From Octopus sinensis (taxonomy: Eukaryota), in assembly GCF_006345805.1 (NCBI RefSeq), contig NC_043023.1, positions 16,306,001 through 16,370,000 on the forward strand: a DNA stretch of 64,000 nucleotides, written 5' to 3'. Of the stretch, positions 35,701 through 47,209 are shown piece by piece. Position 1 is the stretch's first letter. Every line of letters begins with the position of its first letter. Both the position numbers and the translations under genes were made by a program. The notes below the pieces were generated by a model. That model was not told where the DNA came from and searched no databases. It was given only the letters and a program-made list of their open reading frames with translations.

Positions 35701-38366
35701 GAGAATAAGTAAGGCAAGGACCGTTTTTCACCTGTTAAAGAAGGTATGGAGCGCAAGTGTAATTTCAATAAAGAACAAAATAACCTCTCGAAAGAGCTGT
35801 TCTTCACTCCTGCTCCAGAGCGTTGGCTGCGGGGTCACTCCGAAAAGCTCTATCTGTGACGATTTCATCTCAATCGAAGGAGAGGGGCCTTCTCTGTCCG
35901 GGTTGCGGTTCCGTGGAATAAGCTGCCGGACGAGATAGTGAAGATGCCGACGACCGCTCGATTCAAAGTCTCCCTTGACCACAAATGGCCTGAACTCTTT
36001 GCATGAACACCACCCTGTACATAACTCCATGTTCCCCTACATGGCCTTTTGCTGTTTGCTTTTTGAGCCCAAAAATTAACTTAACTTAAGTTAAGAATTT
36101 TTAACACTAACGTAAAAGTGGTGTTATTGTATGGGGCTGAGACATGGCAAACAACAGTCAAGTCAAATAAGCAAATACAATCATTCATCAACAGATGCTT
36201 GCGTAGTATACTTAAAATTAGATGGCCCCAACACATACGCAATATGGAGCTATGGCAATGAACAAATCAAGTTTTGATTAGGGAGCAAATATTTAAGAAA
36301 AGGAGGAAGTGGATTGGTAGCACAATTAGAAAAGACACACTAAATGTAGTGAAAAGTGCTTTAAAGTGGAAACCGGTTGGATATAGAAAGAAAGGTAGGC
36401 CTAAGAACTCGTGGCATAGATCAACACAAAAGGAACTAGAGAAAGGAGGACATTCATGGCAGAGTATAAGTACAGAGGCGAAATATTATGCAACATGGAA
36501 TTCAATTATGAGTGGCCTATACTCCACGTTGGAGGGTCAAATGTAGGAAACAAGAATATATTTACCACTTTGGGTGATCTTGTAAATGTTTGCACTTGAG
36601 AAACCTGTAAAAGATGAAAACAAAAATTTTTGATTTTAAGATGAAATATTTCAAAATAATGTGAATAAATGAACACTATATTTCACAGTAATTTGATTGC
36701 TAAATGATTAAACCAGCAATATCCGTTTTATGTTCGAAATAGCCGGGTCCAGCCCCTCACACCTACCCTACAATGTCAGTCTAAAAATAAACAATCACAT
36801 CAGCAAAATGTCAAAACTACAAAATAAAGAATGATTAATTCAAAAACCAAGACTAAATGAGCACTACATTAAACGAAATAAACTGATTGCTAACGAGTTA
36901 AAGTAGCCATACCTGGCACAAAGATTCTACCTGTTTCGTGTTTAAACTGGTAATGGGTCAGCCTTTTACACCTGTCTTACAATGTCATTCTAAAAATGAA
37001 CGGACAAGGACTGCTATGTAAAGAAGTGCTGATCTCTAACTGTGGAGGCAATCTGTGGAAGAGGTGGACCCTGGAAGGTGCAGGACAAAACGGTGGAACA
37101 TGAGGGCTTTGGATGTTGAGGCTGACATGTATTGATAAGTGACTGTGATTTCTGGGGATTTGCTCTTCTTCAGAAGATATGTCAAGCTAATGGAAATCAA
37201 GGATGTGGCCAGTATCGGTAATTAGTAAAAGGCACCTGTGCCAGTGACGTGTAATTTATAAATCTTTCCTCAAAACTTTATTGAGAATTTTCAAAATGTG
37301 CTCCATCGGCACAATGGAAATTTCAAATGTATCTGTAGACTTGTGAAACACATTTGGAAGTATTTGAGGAGTTTATCTTCTGCACTGCTAACTGAATGCA
37401 TTCTTTAAGTTCAGCTAAAAGATTGCTCCATCTGGGGCATTGTGGTAAAGAAATTAATTGCAATCGTATTGAAAATAGCTGTCATGGACAGATAAGGAAT
37501 GAAAATAAAATTATAAACAAAATTAAAAATTTAATCACTTAACATATATTAAATATGTGAAGCAGAGACAAAAAGGGTCTTTAAAAAAAAGGTCCAATTT
37601 CACTGAAATAGATAATTAATTCTGGGACAGTCTGTATTGAAAACACTTAGCCCTACTCAAATGACCTTACACTCTGAAATCTTTACCAAGAACAAAGTCC
37701 ATGGGGTAAAGAGTGGCTATAAGGGGAATCCAGGTGGGCAGATATGGAGATAACGATGTAAATAAACAAATAAAACTGAGTGGGTTAGATATACATCCAT
37801 GCGTACACGTTAATAGAGAGGAAGCAAAGACTGAAAAATTTCAGACGGAGAATATTCAAGCATCAGAAATCTGAATTAAATATTAACAGAGCAAACTTAC
37901 ACAGACTAGAAAGGTACAGAAAATCAAAGGGGAGAATGTATGGTGTTACAGCTCCTTTTTTGGGGATTGGGCTTACTTCATCGTTGGTAGATGTACCATC
38001 CATACTCACAAATAGGTCTCACTTTTTTTTCACCAAAAATTTAGATAAAAATCAAGGGTACAACATATCCAATAGATATCACAGGGATCTGAAGTGGTGT
38101 ATCGGTAGTCCATGGCATACCCTGGACCTGGGCTTTTCAGTTTTAAAATTGTTATGGAAACTTTTCTGCAATGTTTACTAGAAAGCAGAAACTAGAAGTT
38201 TGGTATTTGGTATTTTTTTGACATCCAGTCACCCCAATCTTTAGTTTAAAAATTTTAATAATTGCAAACCCTACTTACAAGTTATGGAAAGAAATTAAAT
38301 AAAATATAAATAAAACTTACAGACAAATGTTACAAACAGTAAGCAGAACAAGATCCATTTAGCCAT
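21025..38366 (-). CDS. Gene A (predicted, spliced): leader + three tandem [39-nt + 249-nt Ig-like] cassettes + terminal exon; 305 aa if all cassettes are joined, 113 aa with one
   Basis: Exons 38321-38366, 36566-36604, 34050-34298, 31286-31324, 28772-29020, 26004-26042, 22168-22416 and 21025-21032. All introns are GT-AG, phase 1, with strong pyrimidine tracts. Splicing yields MAKWILFCLLFVTFVCFSSA|NIYKITQSGIAVLNG... with no internal stop. No transcript evidence available. Confidence 0.8.
22168..22416 (-). CDS. Gene A Ig-like exon, cassette 1 (most divergent)
   Basis: tttcag|GA..AAG A|gtaagg, 249 nt: GTAELYRDLNLEIYVPNMKRPVAWICQDNRYECDRTCADGPDYKVTQIASISKLWIKNVTKECLTWRFEDDNLKVGRIDLKIK. Confidence 0.82.
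22682..23270. mobile_element. Intronic ~380-bp imperfect palindrome plus extra arm with a degenerate CTGATGAAGGG..CCC motif (Penelope/MITE-like)
   Basis: 22682-23061 is self-complementary. Copies at 29308-29920 and 34586-35200; absent from gene B. Confidence 0.7.
23433..23526 (-). ncRNA. Type I hammerhead ribozyme motif (sense to gene A pre-mRNA)
   Basis: Minus strand: AATTGG-CTGATGA-GTGCT(long stem II)AGTAC-GAAA-CGATCG-TA-CCAAATT. Palindromic stem III ACGATCGT, cleavage triplet GUA. Confidence 0.65.
23591..23684 (+). ncRNA. Type I hammerhead ribozyme motif (inverted partner)
   Basis: CTGATGAG at 23599, CGAAAC at 23664. Stem II GTACT/AGTAC is extended by CATC/GATG, TTAAAT/ATTTAA and TGTAA/TTACA. 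GUA at 23674-23676. Confidence 0.65.
23880..24120 (-). mobile_element. CR1-group LINE reverse transcriptase fragment
   Basis: KLKEGIICCIHKGGSRAGAKNYRPVSLTSHFSKVME followed by a degenerate HGFRPGRSC. Confidence 0.8.
24290..25990 (+). mobile_element. Decayed RTE-clade LINE (RT to 3' end) with nested CR1 3' fragment (~25220-25530)
   Basis: EFEKAFDSVDR, GVRQGCILSPVLF, DFADDIALL, VLLYGAETW, RKKGRPKNSW. The insert reads LRGHSEKLYL..RRRGAFSVRV..WNKLP..FKVSLDHKW with a TAACT-type tail. Confidence 0.9.
26004..26042 (-). CDS. Gene A 39-nt exon, cassette 1 (xFSSDSIYEIYQSG)
   Basis: Acceptor catcttttacag, donor G|gtaaat, phase 1-1. Confidence 0.78.
27745..28135 (+). mobile_element. Full-length tRNA-derived SINE at the cassette junction (copy at 33025-33415)
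   Basis: Head, body and (GAGAAA)n tail. It marks the join between intron-1-derived and intron-3-derived sequence. Confidence 0.85.
28772..29020 (-). CDS. Gene A Ig-like exon, cassette 2
   Basis: 249 nt, phase 1-1: GIAVLNGCLTLSITIPDMKRPVVWKCDNYKYECDKTCPDGPDYKVTQDGNTSTLWIKKVTKECSTWKFDDDNLNVGKINLEIK. Confidence 0.85.
30050..31270 (+). mobile_element. Copy of the decayed RTE + nested CR1 fragment (5'-deleted)
   Basis: Same lesions as 24290-25990. Joined at its 5' end to a MITE arm fragment. Confidence 0.9.
31286..31324 (-). CDS. Gene A 39-nt exon, cassette 2 (xFSSANIYKITQSG)
   Basis: cttttacag|GT..G|gtaaat. Confidence 0.8.
34050..34298 (-). CDS. Gene A Ig-like exon, cassette 3
   Basis: 249 nt, phase 1-1: GIAVLNGCLTLSITIPNMKRPVVWKCDNYKYECDRTCADGPDYKVTQDGNTSTLWIKKVTKECSTWKFDDDNLNAADIDLKIK; donor A|gtaaga. 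Confidence 0.85.
35330..36550 (+). mobile_element. Third copy of the decayed RTE + nested CR1 fragment
   Basis: Near-identical to 30050-31270 at a 5280-bp offset. Confidence 0.9.
36566..36604 (-). CDS. Gene A 39-nt exon, cassette 3 (completes the signal peptide: CFSSA|NIYKITQSG)
   Basis: cttttacag|GT..G|gtaaat. Confidence 0.82.
38321..38366 (-). CDS. Gene A leader exon (signal peptide MAKWILFCLLFVTFV)
   Basis: ttttttcag|ATC ATG GCT AAA TGG..GTC T|gtaagt. The acceptor 3 nt upstream of the ATG implies a further non-coding 5' exon that I did not locate. Confidence 0.82.
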
Positions 38367-38679
38367 GATCTGAAAAAATAATTTTGAAAAGCTGCAAAAT
38401 AACAAAGTTTATAGCCCAGGGTCCGAGGCTGGTCAGGCTGAGAAAAACAAACAGTCACAATATCATCAGTCACTCTTTAATAGATTTATGGTCGAGCCTG
38501 TGGCATTGGAGATCTTATTCTTAACTATTTCGAATACTACAGAACGCTGTACAGTAGAGACAAGTGCAGTTTGAACTTGCACAAACACTTTTTGCTACAG
38601 CATTTTCACGTCAAAATAAACGTTTTCTGAAGAAAATTCTAAATCATTTGAAACTTCTAACTGTGAACATTCTTCTTAC

Positions 38680-39073
38680 TCTTTACTCTTTTACTTGTTT
38701 CAGTCATTTGACTGCGGCCATGCTGGAGCACCGCCTTTAGTCGAGCGAATCGACCCCGGGACTTATTCTTTGTAAACCCAGTACTTATTCTATCGGTCTC
38801 TTTTGCTGAACTGCTAAGTGATGGGGACGTAAACATACCAGCATCGGTTGTGAAGCAATGCTAGGGGGACAAACACAGACACACACATACATATATATAT
38901 ATACATATATATGAAAGGCTTCTTTCAGTTTCCGTCTACCAAATCCACTCACAAGGCATTGGTCGGCCCGGGGCTATAGCAGAAGACACTTGCCCAAGAT
39001 GCCATGCAGTGGGACTGAACCCGGAACCATGTGGTTGGTAAGCAAGCTACTTACCACACAGCCACTCCTGCAC
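38680..39073 (-). mobile_element. Full-length tRNA-derived SINE
   Basis: Same family as 3792-4466. Confidence 0.85.
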
Positions 39074-40098
39074 CTTCTTGTATAGTTTTTGTGAAAATCC
39101 AACAGTTACAGATCATGTCAGGTTCCCTGAAACTCCATGGTATTTCCTCGCATTTACAAACTTTGCTTTTTTCTTGGACTTTTGAATGACAACCCTTGTT
39201 CTAGTTCAATGCACTCAAGCACCATAACTCATGTTGCATTCAAAAATCATGTGTCCCCGAAGTCCATCCCCTCCTCACTGTGGTGGGGACACTGGCAACG
39301 GGTAGTGTCAGAGCTATGCTGTCGGGAACTTTGGTTCCTGGTAGGGCCACCCAAGGCAGATTGGTCTTACACCGAGTGGTATTAGGCCCACAACCCGGCA
39401 GACGGTGCTCTGGTGAAAATCCTCGGAGTGTCTGTTTCGGCAACCGGCGGCTCCTTGGTCGTTTTGCTTTGGGTTGTCTCTCTCTCTCTCCACATCTCCT
39501 AATGAGTTTCCAGTAAGTTACAGATATTGATAGAGTCTTGAATTTACATTTTTAATGCTTAAAATAAGGAATTAGTTTTCACATTTTGTTTGTTCTTTAA
39601 TCTATGTCTACATGTAATTCTGTGAAAGGTACACAGTGTCTGTGTGATATGCAAGACACAACAGCTAAATCTCCCTCATATCACCCATCTTTTCATGTGA
39701 AAATCACTCATCCTTTCATTTCACCAAGAAAAACAAAAAAACAGTAGAAATTACATTTAAATATTTTCAAAAATTCATGGTGACACCTATTTCAAATGGT
39801 ACCCTCTAAATTAAAACTACATACAAAAAAAGATAAAATAACGATTTTTATTGAGGAAAATTTTTGGAATGAAATCTTTTTGGAATGGTGGGTTTATGGT
39901 CGAGTGTGCACATTGGAGACCTCTGGCACCCTAGGGCCCTCAGCTGTATCCCTGCTCACAGCTATCGGGCAGAAATGGCTACCTGCATGTGCAAGCCCTG
40001 TGGGTCTCCATTGCCCTCCTCTAGGGCAACTCCTTTTCTATTTTGTCTGCTGGGACCTTGAGGTGGTCTGAATTACAACAAATTTTACGTTCCATTCC

Positions 40099-40834
40099 TT
40101 AACCCTTTCATTACCATATTTATTTTGAGATGCTCTGTGTTTCTTTCAATTAATTTTAAATATAACAAAGAATTTAGAAAAATAACTTAGTTATCATTAA
40201 GCTAGTGTTAGGAACATAAATTGTGACTAAGGTTTGGTGGAAGATTTTAATTCAAGACTTATGAAAACAAGACATTTGTACTACAGGGTCAGAGGTGGTT
40301 TCAGCCAGGTTGGTATCAAAAGGGTTAAGAATTGTTTCTCTATTATATATTTTTAAGCCTTTTGTTACCATATTTCTGTTGAGATGTTCTGTGTTTCTTT
40401 CAATTAATTTTAAATATAACAAAGAATTTAGTAAAATAACTTAGTTATCATTAAGCTAGTGTTAGGAACATAAATTGTGACTAAGGTTTGGTGGTATATT
40501 TTAATGCAAAACTTATGAAAACAAGACATTTGTACCTCAGAGCCAGGGGTGGTTTCAGCTGGGTTGGTATCAAAAGGGTTAAGAATTGTTTCTCTATTAT
40601 ATATTTTAACCCTTTTGTTACCATATTTCTGTTGAGATGTTCTGTGTTTCTTTCAATTAATTTTAAATATAACAAAGAATTTAGTAAAATAACTTAGTTA
40701 TCATTCAGCTAGTGTTAGGAGCATAAATTGTGATTAAGGTTTGGTGGAAGATTTGAATTCAAAACTTAAGAAAACAAGACATTTGTACTCAGAGCCAGAG
40801 GTGGTTTCGGTCGGGTTGGTAACAAAAGGGTTAA
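40099..40834. mobile_element. Tandem array of three ~254-bp piggyBac-like MITE units
   Basis: TTAA-CCCTTT(C/T)(A/G)TTACCA ... TGGT(A/T)(A/T)CAAAAGGG-TTAA termini. GAGATG recurs at 40127, 40381 and 40634. Confidence 0.75.
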
Positions 40835-42769
40835 TGTAAAATTTGAAGAGACAGATTTAAACTTTGCACTGTTTCCGCCTCCTCCCCCTTTTTTTTTGAG
40901 TTTTATCAATTACTATACAACACTAAAGCAACTGCATTTTTTGTCTCTTTCTTTCTTCTTGCTGAATGAAAACAAATACCAAATTACAGGTATTTGTATA
41001 ATTGTGGCCTTCCAGGTAGAATCCTGGTTTAAACAGTCCTTATAATTTCAGAAAATTTTTGCAACACACACAAATGAATATGATTATTGAAAAGACAGCA
41101 TGGTGTTTCACTTTCTGGATCATAAAATGAAATATCATCTTAATTATTAATTTAAGAGAATCAGTATCAGAAAATAGCATATCGATATATTACTGATGTT
41201 CACCTTAATTTTACGAAATAATCTTTAATATATATCTTGTGTTTTTATTACTATACAATCCAATATTTACAACAGAATCTCTTCTTTTTGGACAAACCTT
41301 ATAGTTGTGGCTTGATGCAATGGGAAGTTTCAAAAACCAACTGGGAAATACAAACAACGAAAAGAACTTAGTTTCTGAAAGAAAAAAATAAAAGATATTT
41401 TTTAGAATTTTACTGAAAATGTACTGAATTTTTTAAAAATTCAAAAAGTAAAAAGGTTATGAGGGGTTATATGGGGTACTTAAACGAAAATTCCACCAAA
41501 AATCAAATTTTCAAACCAGTTTTTTTTAACAGCATAAATGCTTTAATGTGGATAAAAATATTGAAAAACATGAATACATGTTAGAGTGAGGAAGAAACAA
41601 GAAAGGTGGTTGTGGGATGTGTTAGAAACAACAGGCAGATCTCCCTTAAATCACACACCTTTCTTTACTCATAACTTTCTGACAAATGGATATTAATGGA
41701 TATATCGGAATTTGATGTGAAAATGTTTTCCGAAGGTGGAGTGAAAAGTTTTGGAAAATTCACATCAGTTGGCTTTATTTCCTCATAACTTTTGGAAAAA
41801 TGGATATTTTTTAGTGGAATTTCCTACAAATATCATTCGGATTGTGAAGGTAACGATTATATCAGAATTTAATATGTAAACAAAATTTGTGGGCTCACAC
41901 ACATACATAATTACATACACATCGTGAATTCAAACTTGATAGAAAAATGTTATACCTGTCAGTATGTGTGTGTGTGTGTGTGTGTGTGCAAACCTATCAT
42001 ATTTTTTTTTCATAATAGACTTCAATATTACTCTTTACTCTTTTACTTATTTCAGTCATTTGGCTGCGGCCATGCTGGAGCACCGCCTTTAGTCGAGGAA
42101 ATCGACCCCCAGGACTTATTCTTTGTAAGCCCAGTACTTATTCTATCGGTCTATTACGTACATGTATATGAAAGATAATGAGTGTAGATGTGTGTTTGGG
42201 TGTGATTAACTACAAGTAGATACAGCTGAATATGGCGTGATTGCGCGTACATCCGTTATCTTTCATAAACAGGGACACACATCTTTCACTTTCTCCTCTC
42301 AGAAGCAAATATCGCCTTCCACTCATCATCAAAATAAAAGAAAATAAAATAATTTTTTACGGGAATTTACGAACAATCTGCTGATCACATTCGACGCTTC
42401 TGCAGCCAAAGCCGAAAGATTTCCAGACGTAATTCTTCAGTTTTGGTAAACGACCTCATTCACTGACACAAACTTCTCTTATGGCACAAACGAAGAGGCG
42501 ACACTACTTGAGTATAGAGGTCCCGGTGCGCGCACTTGTGTAGTCACGCATCCGCACAAGCTAGTCATGACTAGTCAATCCTTACTTTGTGTTTTTGAGT
42601 TTTATTTACTTTGTTTAAAAAAAATTCACTAACACTGACCCTAACCCTAATTTTAGCCTTTCGTTTTTTTTTCATTAATTAATAAATTAATTTAAATGTT
42701 ACGCGTGTGTCTAAAATTATTCGTTTTGTTTTTGTTTTGAGACACACGTGTATTGTTTAAACTATTGTT

Positions 42770-42900
42770 GGATCTTTTCCTTTTGAAGGCCAGTTTTCAA
42801 CAATGTTTTATTTTGACACATTCTACCAGTATACGAAGTTTAAAAGTATTTAGTTAATTAGAAATTGTGTTGAAAACTGGCCTTCAAAAGGAAAAGATCC
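42770..42900. mobile_element. 131-bp mini-element of the GGATCTTTTCC foldback family (copy at 59431-59561)
   Basis: TIR GGATCTTTTCCTTTTGAAGGCCAGTTTTCAACA with one partial repeat unit inside. Confidence 0.8.
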
Positions 42901-44119
42901 TTATTATTATTTTGCTGGAGTTTTTTTTCCTCGGTGAAAATCGTGCAGGTGAAAAGCTTAATAGGGGTGCGGGTGAAATTCCTGAGGTTTCCACCTCACC
43001 CCACCCCGATTTCGGGACTCGAAAAAGGATTTTATAGCATATTAGGAGATCATAGGAATTCATAGAAAATGTTGTTCCGATTCAAACCGAAAAGATTCGT
43101 TTAATATTTCGAATTACATAATCTTTTACGGAGATACCCAAATCTTTTAAGAGCTTAGGTCCTCGACGGCCCTGCCCAACATTGGAATTTAAAAACACTT
43201 ACCCGAGAACAAGTATTGCAGTAACGACGACGTAGCATCTGCTGTCGAAGACTAAAAAGGATGCAAAGTTCTCCACCAATGGAATTTAAACACTGCAGCT
43301 TCGACGTTTGGGATGTGTGGGCGAGGGGGTACTATGTTCAAAAATAAACATCATTAGGTCTCGTATACTTATTATACATACGGACCCATACAAGCCTATA
43401 CATATATACAGAGGTGGGCACGGTTAATCTAAAAGTTAAATTGGCGATGTTTCGCTTCGCCGTTAAATTCGTTAATTCTTTGAAAATTCAACGAAGGTTA
43501 CCGTTAAGGTTTATTGAACAAGAGGCATACCTACAGTTTAATACCCCACCGACTTTGTTGCATCAAAACCGCCAGAGAAACAGATACTTTTTAACGAAAC
43601 TTTTACCAAATAATCGCTTATGCCCTGTAGATTGAGCATATACTCTCTTTACTCTTTTACTTGTTTTAATCATTTGACTGCGGCCATGCTGGAGCACCGC
43701 CTTTAATCAAGCAACTCGACCCCGGGACTTATTCTTTTGTAAGCCCAGTACTTATTCTATCGGTGTCTTTTGCCGAACCGCTAGGTAACGGGGACAGAAA
43801 CACACCAGCATCAGTTGTCAAGCGATGTTGGTGGTGGTGGTGGGGGGGACAAACACAGACACACAAACATACATATATACGACGGGCTTCTTTCAGTTTC
43901 CGTCTACCAAATCCACTCACAAGGCTTTGGTCGGCCCGAGGCTATAGCAGAAGACACTTGCCCAAGGTGCCACGCAGTGGGACTGAACCCTGAACCATGT
44001 GGTTGGTAAACAAGCTACTTACCACACAGCCACTCCTGCGCCTATCTGAAGATTTTTTGAGAAAAAGAAATTCTTTCAATAATAAATCTCTGAACGAAAT
44101 TTCTTTCGTTTTCAAAACA

Positions 44120-44154
<35 letters not shown>

Positions 44155-44319
44155 GGCGTAGGAGTGGCTGTGTGGTAAGTAGCTTGCTTACCGACCACAT
44201 GGTTCCGGGTTCAGTCCCACTGCGTGGCACCTTGGGCAAGTGTCTTCTACTATAGCCTCGAGCTTACCAAAGCCTTGTGAGTGGATTTGGTAGACGGAAA
44301 CTGATAGAAGCCCGTCGTA

Positions 44320-44366
<47 letters not shown>

Positions 44367-47209
44367 GGAAGCTTTATGAAAATAAACAAAAGACGAAGGC
44401 AGGTGGAAAACAAACGAACAATTGTATTAGTATGGCGCTCAGGAAATATAAATAAAACAAGTCTTTAACGTTTCGAGCCTACGCTCTTCAACAGAAAGAT
44501 ACACAGAGAGAGAAAAACACAGAAAGAAGGAGAGAAAAAAAATGCGTGCAGTAGCTAACCAATCAACATGGTGATCTGATTTCGGCCAGAGGTCAAAGAT
44601 CAAACATGAGACGCGAGAGCGAAATAAGGGGAGATAATAGGGTTGATAAACGGGTTGAGGGACCAGCTAAAAGTGCGTGGGAGGGGTCTGGATGTGTGTA
44701 TGTATAGGGTTGGTGTATGTATTAGTATGTATAAGGGGTGTGTGTGTGTGTGTGTGTGTGTATGAGAGAGTATTAGTGCGTAAGATTGGTCTGGACGTGC
44801 GTATGTATGGGGTTGGTGTATGTATTAGTATGTATTAGTATGTATTAGTACGTATTGGTATGTATAGGTGTGTGTGTGTGTGTGTGAGAGAGTATAAGTG
44901 CGTATGCGGGGTCTGGACGTGTGTATGTATAGGGTTGGTGTAAGTATTAGTATGTACTAGTATGTATTAGTACGTATTAGTATGTATTAGTTGGTGTGTG
45001 TATTAGTATGGCACATCGTATGTGATGTGATGTGTAAAGTCATGTGGTGTAGTGAGGAGAAGAGGGGGAGGGGGAAAAGAGGGGGAGAGAAGGGGAGGGG
45101 AAGAAGAGGGGGAGGAGAAGGGGGAAGAGGAGACGATGGGGGAGAAGGAAGGTGAGGAGGGGGATGAAGGAGGAAAGAGGGAGAGGGGGAGAGAGAGAAG
45201 GGGAGAGAGGGAGGGAGAAAGAGGGAAGAAGGGAAGGGGAGTAGGGGTGAAAGGATGAAGGACTGAAGAAGTAGGGGTCGGGGGGAGAAAGGATAGGTGA
45301 GGAGGGGTGTTAGATGAGGAGGGGGGGAGAGTTGAGACCAAATGGCGTATAAGAGCGAAGAGAGAAGATTAATTCCTGTTCACGGCGCAAACGGGAATCC
45401 GGATGGCCTCTGTATATATATATATATATGTATGTGCGTGTGTGTTTGTGTGTCTGTGTTTGTCCCCCTAGCATTGTGTGTTTATCTCCCCGTTACTTAG
45501 CGGTTCGGCAAAAAAACCCCGATAGAATAAGTACTGGGCTTACAAAGAATAAGTCCCGGGGTCGAGTTGCTCGATTAAAGGCGGTGCTCCAGCATGGCCG
45601 CAGTCAAATGACTGAAACAAGTACAGAGTAATAATAATAATAAATTGGCATTCCATCACTATAACTCGACAAAATTTGACATTTGATTTCGGGTATTTCC
45701 GTGATAATTGCTGAAATGGGAGGACGAGAAGAAGGCTAATTAGGTTGTGTGTGCGTGCTTGTTCTCGTTTGTGTGTGTGCGTGTCTGTTCTGCTTTTATG
45801 TATACATAATTATATATAAAGATATAAGCATCTACTGTTAGCCATTATCGTGGTAAACGATACTTAATCAAACCCCAGTATTAAATGTTTGAACTACTGT
45901 GGGTCTTTGCTAGGGTTTTTCTTTTATAAGCGAGACTTAAACATGTACATTAATCTATATATATAAAACTGTAGTTGTGTGAGTGTCTGTCCCCTTCGAT
46001 TTAGATTCCTAACTACTCCCACATTTTGCGGTGCAGTTTAACCAAATTCGGCTATCTTATAGTCGTGATTAATATCGAGCCCGTCTGAGTATTAGCGCGC
46101 GTCTACGATGAGTCTACGATTTTAAAAATAATTTAACATCATTTTTTATTCCATTTTAATGCATATTTTTTCGTGTGTCGATGGCGGCGGAGTTGGCGTC
46201 CATGGTCACACCTGCACCTGTGTTTGCTTCTCCCCCTTCTTCCCTCCCTCGTGAAGCTGTGGGGAAGGGAGTGTAAGGAAATCAACGTCGTAAAGCGTTG
46301 TCAAGGAGACCAGCGTTCTTTTAGAACAACGACTTCATGGCTTGAAGACACCAAAACAGAAATGGCTAAGAAAGCCCGAATTGGCATCTATAAGGGAAGT
46401 AACTCTCTAAAAATGCTTATATAGTTATTTCCCTTACAAACCCGAGCAACGCCGGGCGATACTGCTAGTATATATATAAAGATATAAGCATCTACTGTTA
46501 GCCATTATCGTGGCAAACGATACTTAATCAAATACCAGTATTAAATGTTTGAACTACTGTGGGTCTTTACTAGGGTTTTTCTTTTATAAGCGAGACTTAA
46601 ACATGTACATTAATCTCTAATAAACCATTTTATACATTACACGCCCATAAAATGCCTCGTAGATCTTATTCAGCTATGTTTAAACTTTGCTGAAGAGCAT
46701 GGTAGAAAATTTGATGTGGACGAAAACAATGTTCAGGTTAGGGAGAAGAAATAAAGCTGAAATGAAACAGATGCCAAAGATAAAGAAGGCAAGAAGGGGG
46801 GGAAAAAGCCAAACATCCTGAACTTGAAAAAGATTTGCGGATCTTTTCTTTTTGAACGGCAGTTTGTAACATAATTTCTAGGTAACTAAAAAGTTTTAAA
46901 CTTCGTATACTGAAAAAACTGCTGTTCAAACCGAAAAGATCCCGATTGCCTATTTATGACAAAACATTTGACAATAAAACTTTTTAAGAGTTTTGTTTAA
47001 TGTTCATATCTAGACCCGGAACTGAAAATCCAAAAAATAGAAAAAATATTCGAATAGGTGTAAAACAATGTGTAGGCAACGAACAGGGGGGAAAATGCGC
47101 GTAAAGCAACAGGAGGGTGGGGTGAGGACTTGGAAAAAATCACAAGATCCGAGTTTTTCTCTAAACTTTTAGGAAAATGGGTTTTTTCAATGAAATTTTA
47201 TAGAAATAC

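Larger units (their letters stand above)
38281..43630 (+). repeat. Segmental duplication (paralog ~56237-61560); leader exon and upstream region
   Basis: Collinear. B lacks ~38577-40304 and carries the 59800-61099 insertion. 42160-42690 also matches 10135-11010. Confidence 0.92.

Noticed and set aside
39130-39500. GC-richer segment resembling an RTE 5' region
   Set aside because: No diagnostic motif I can support; left unannotated.
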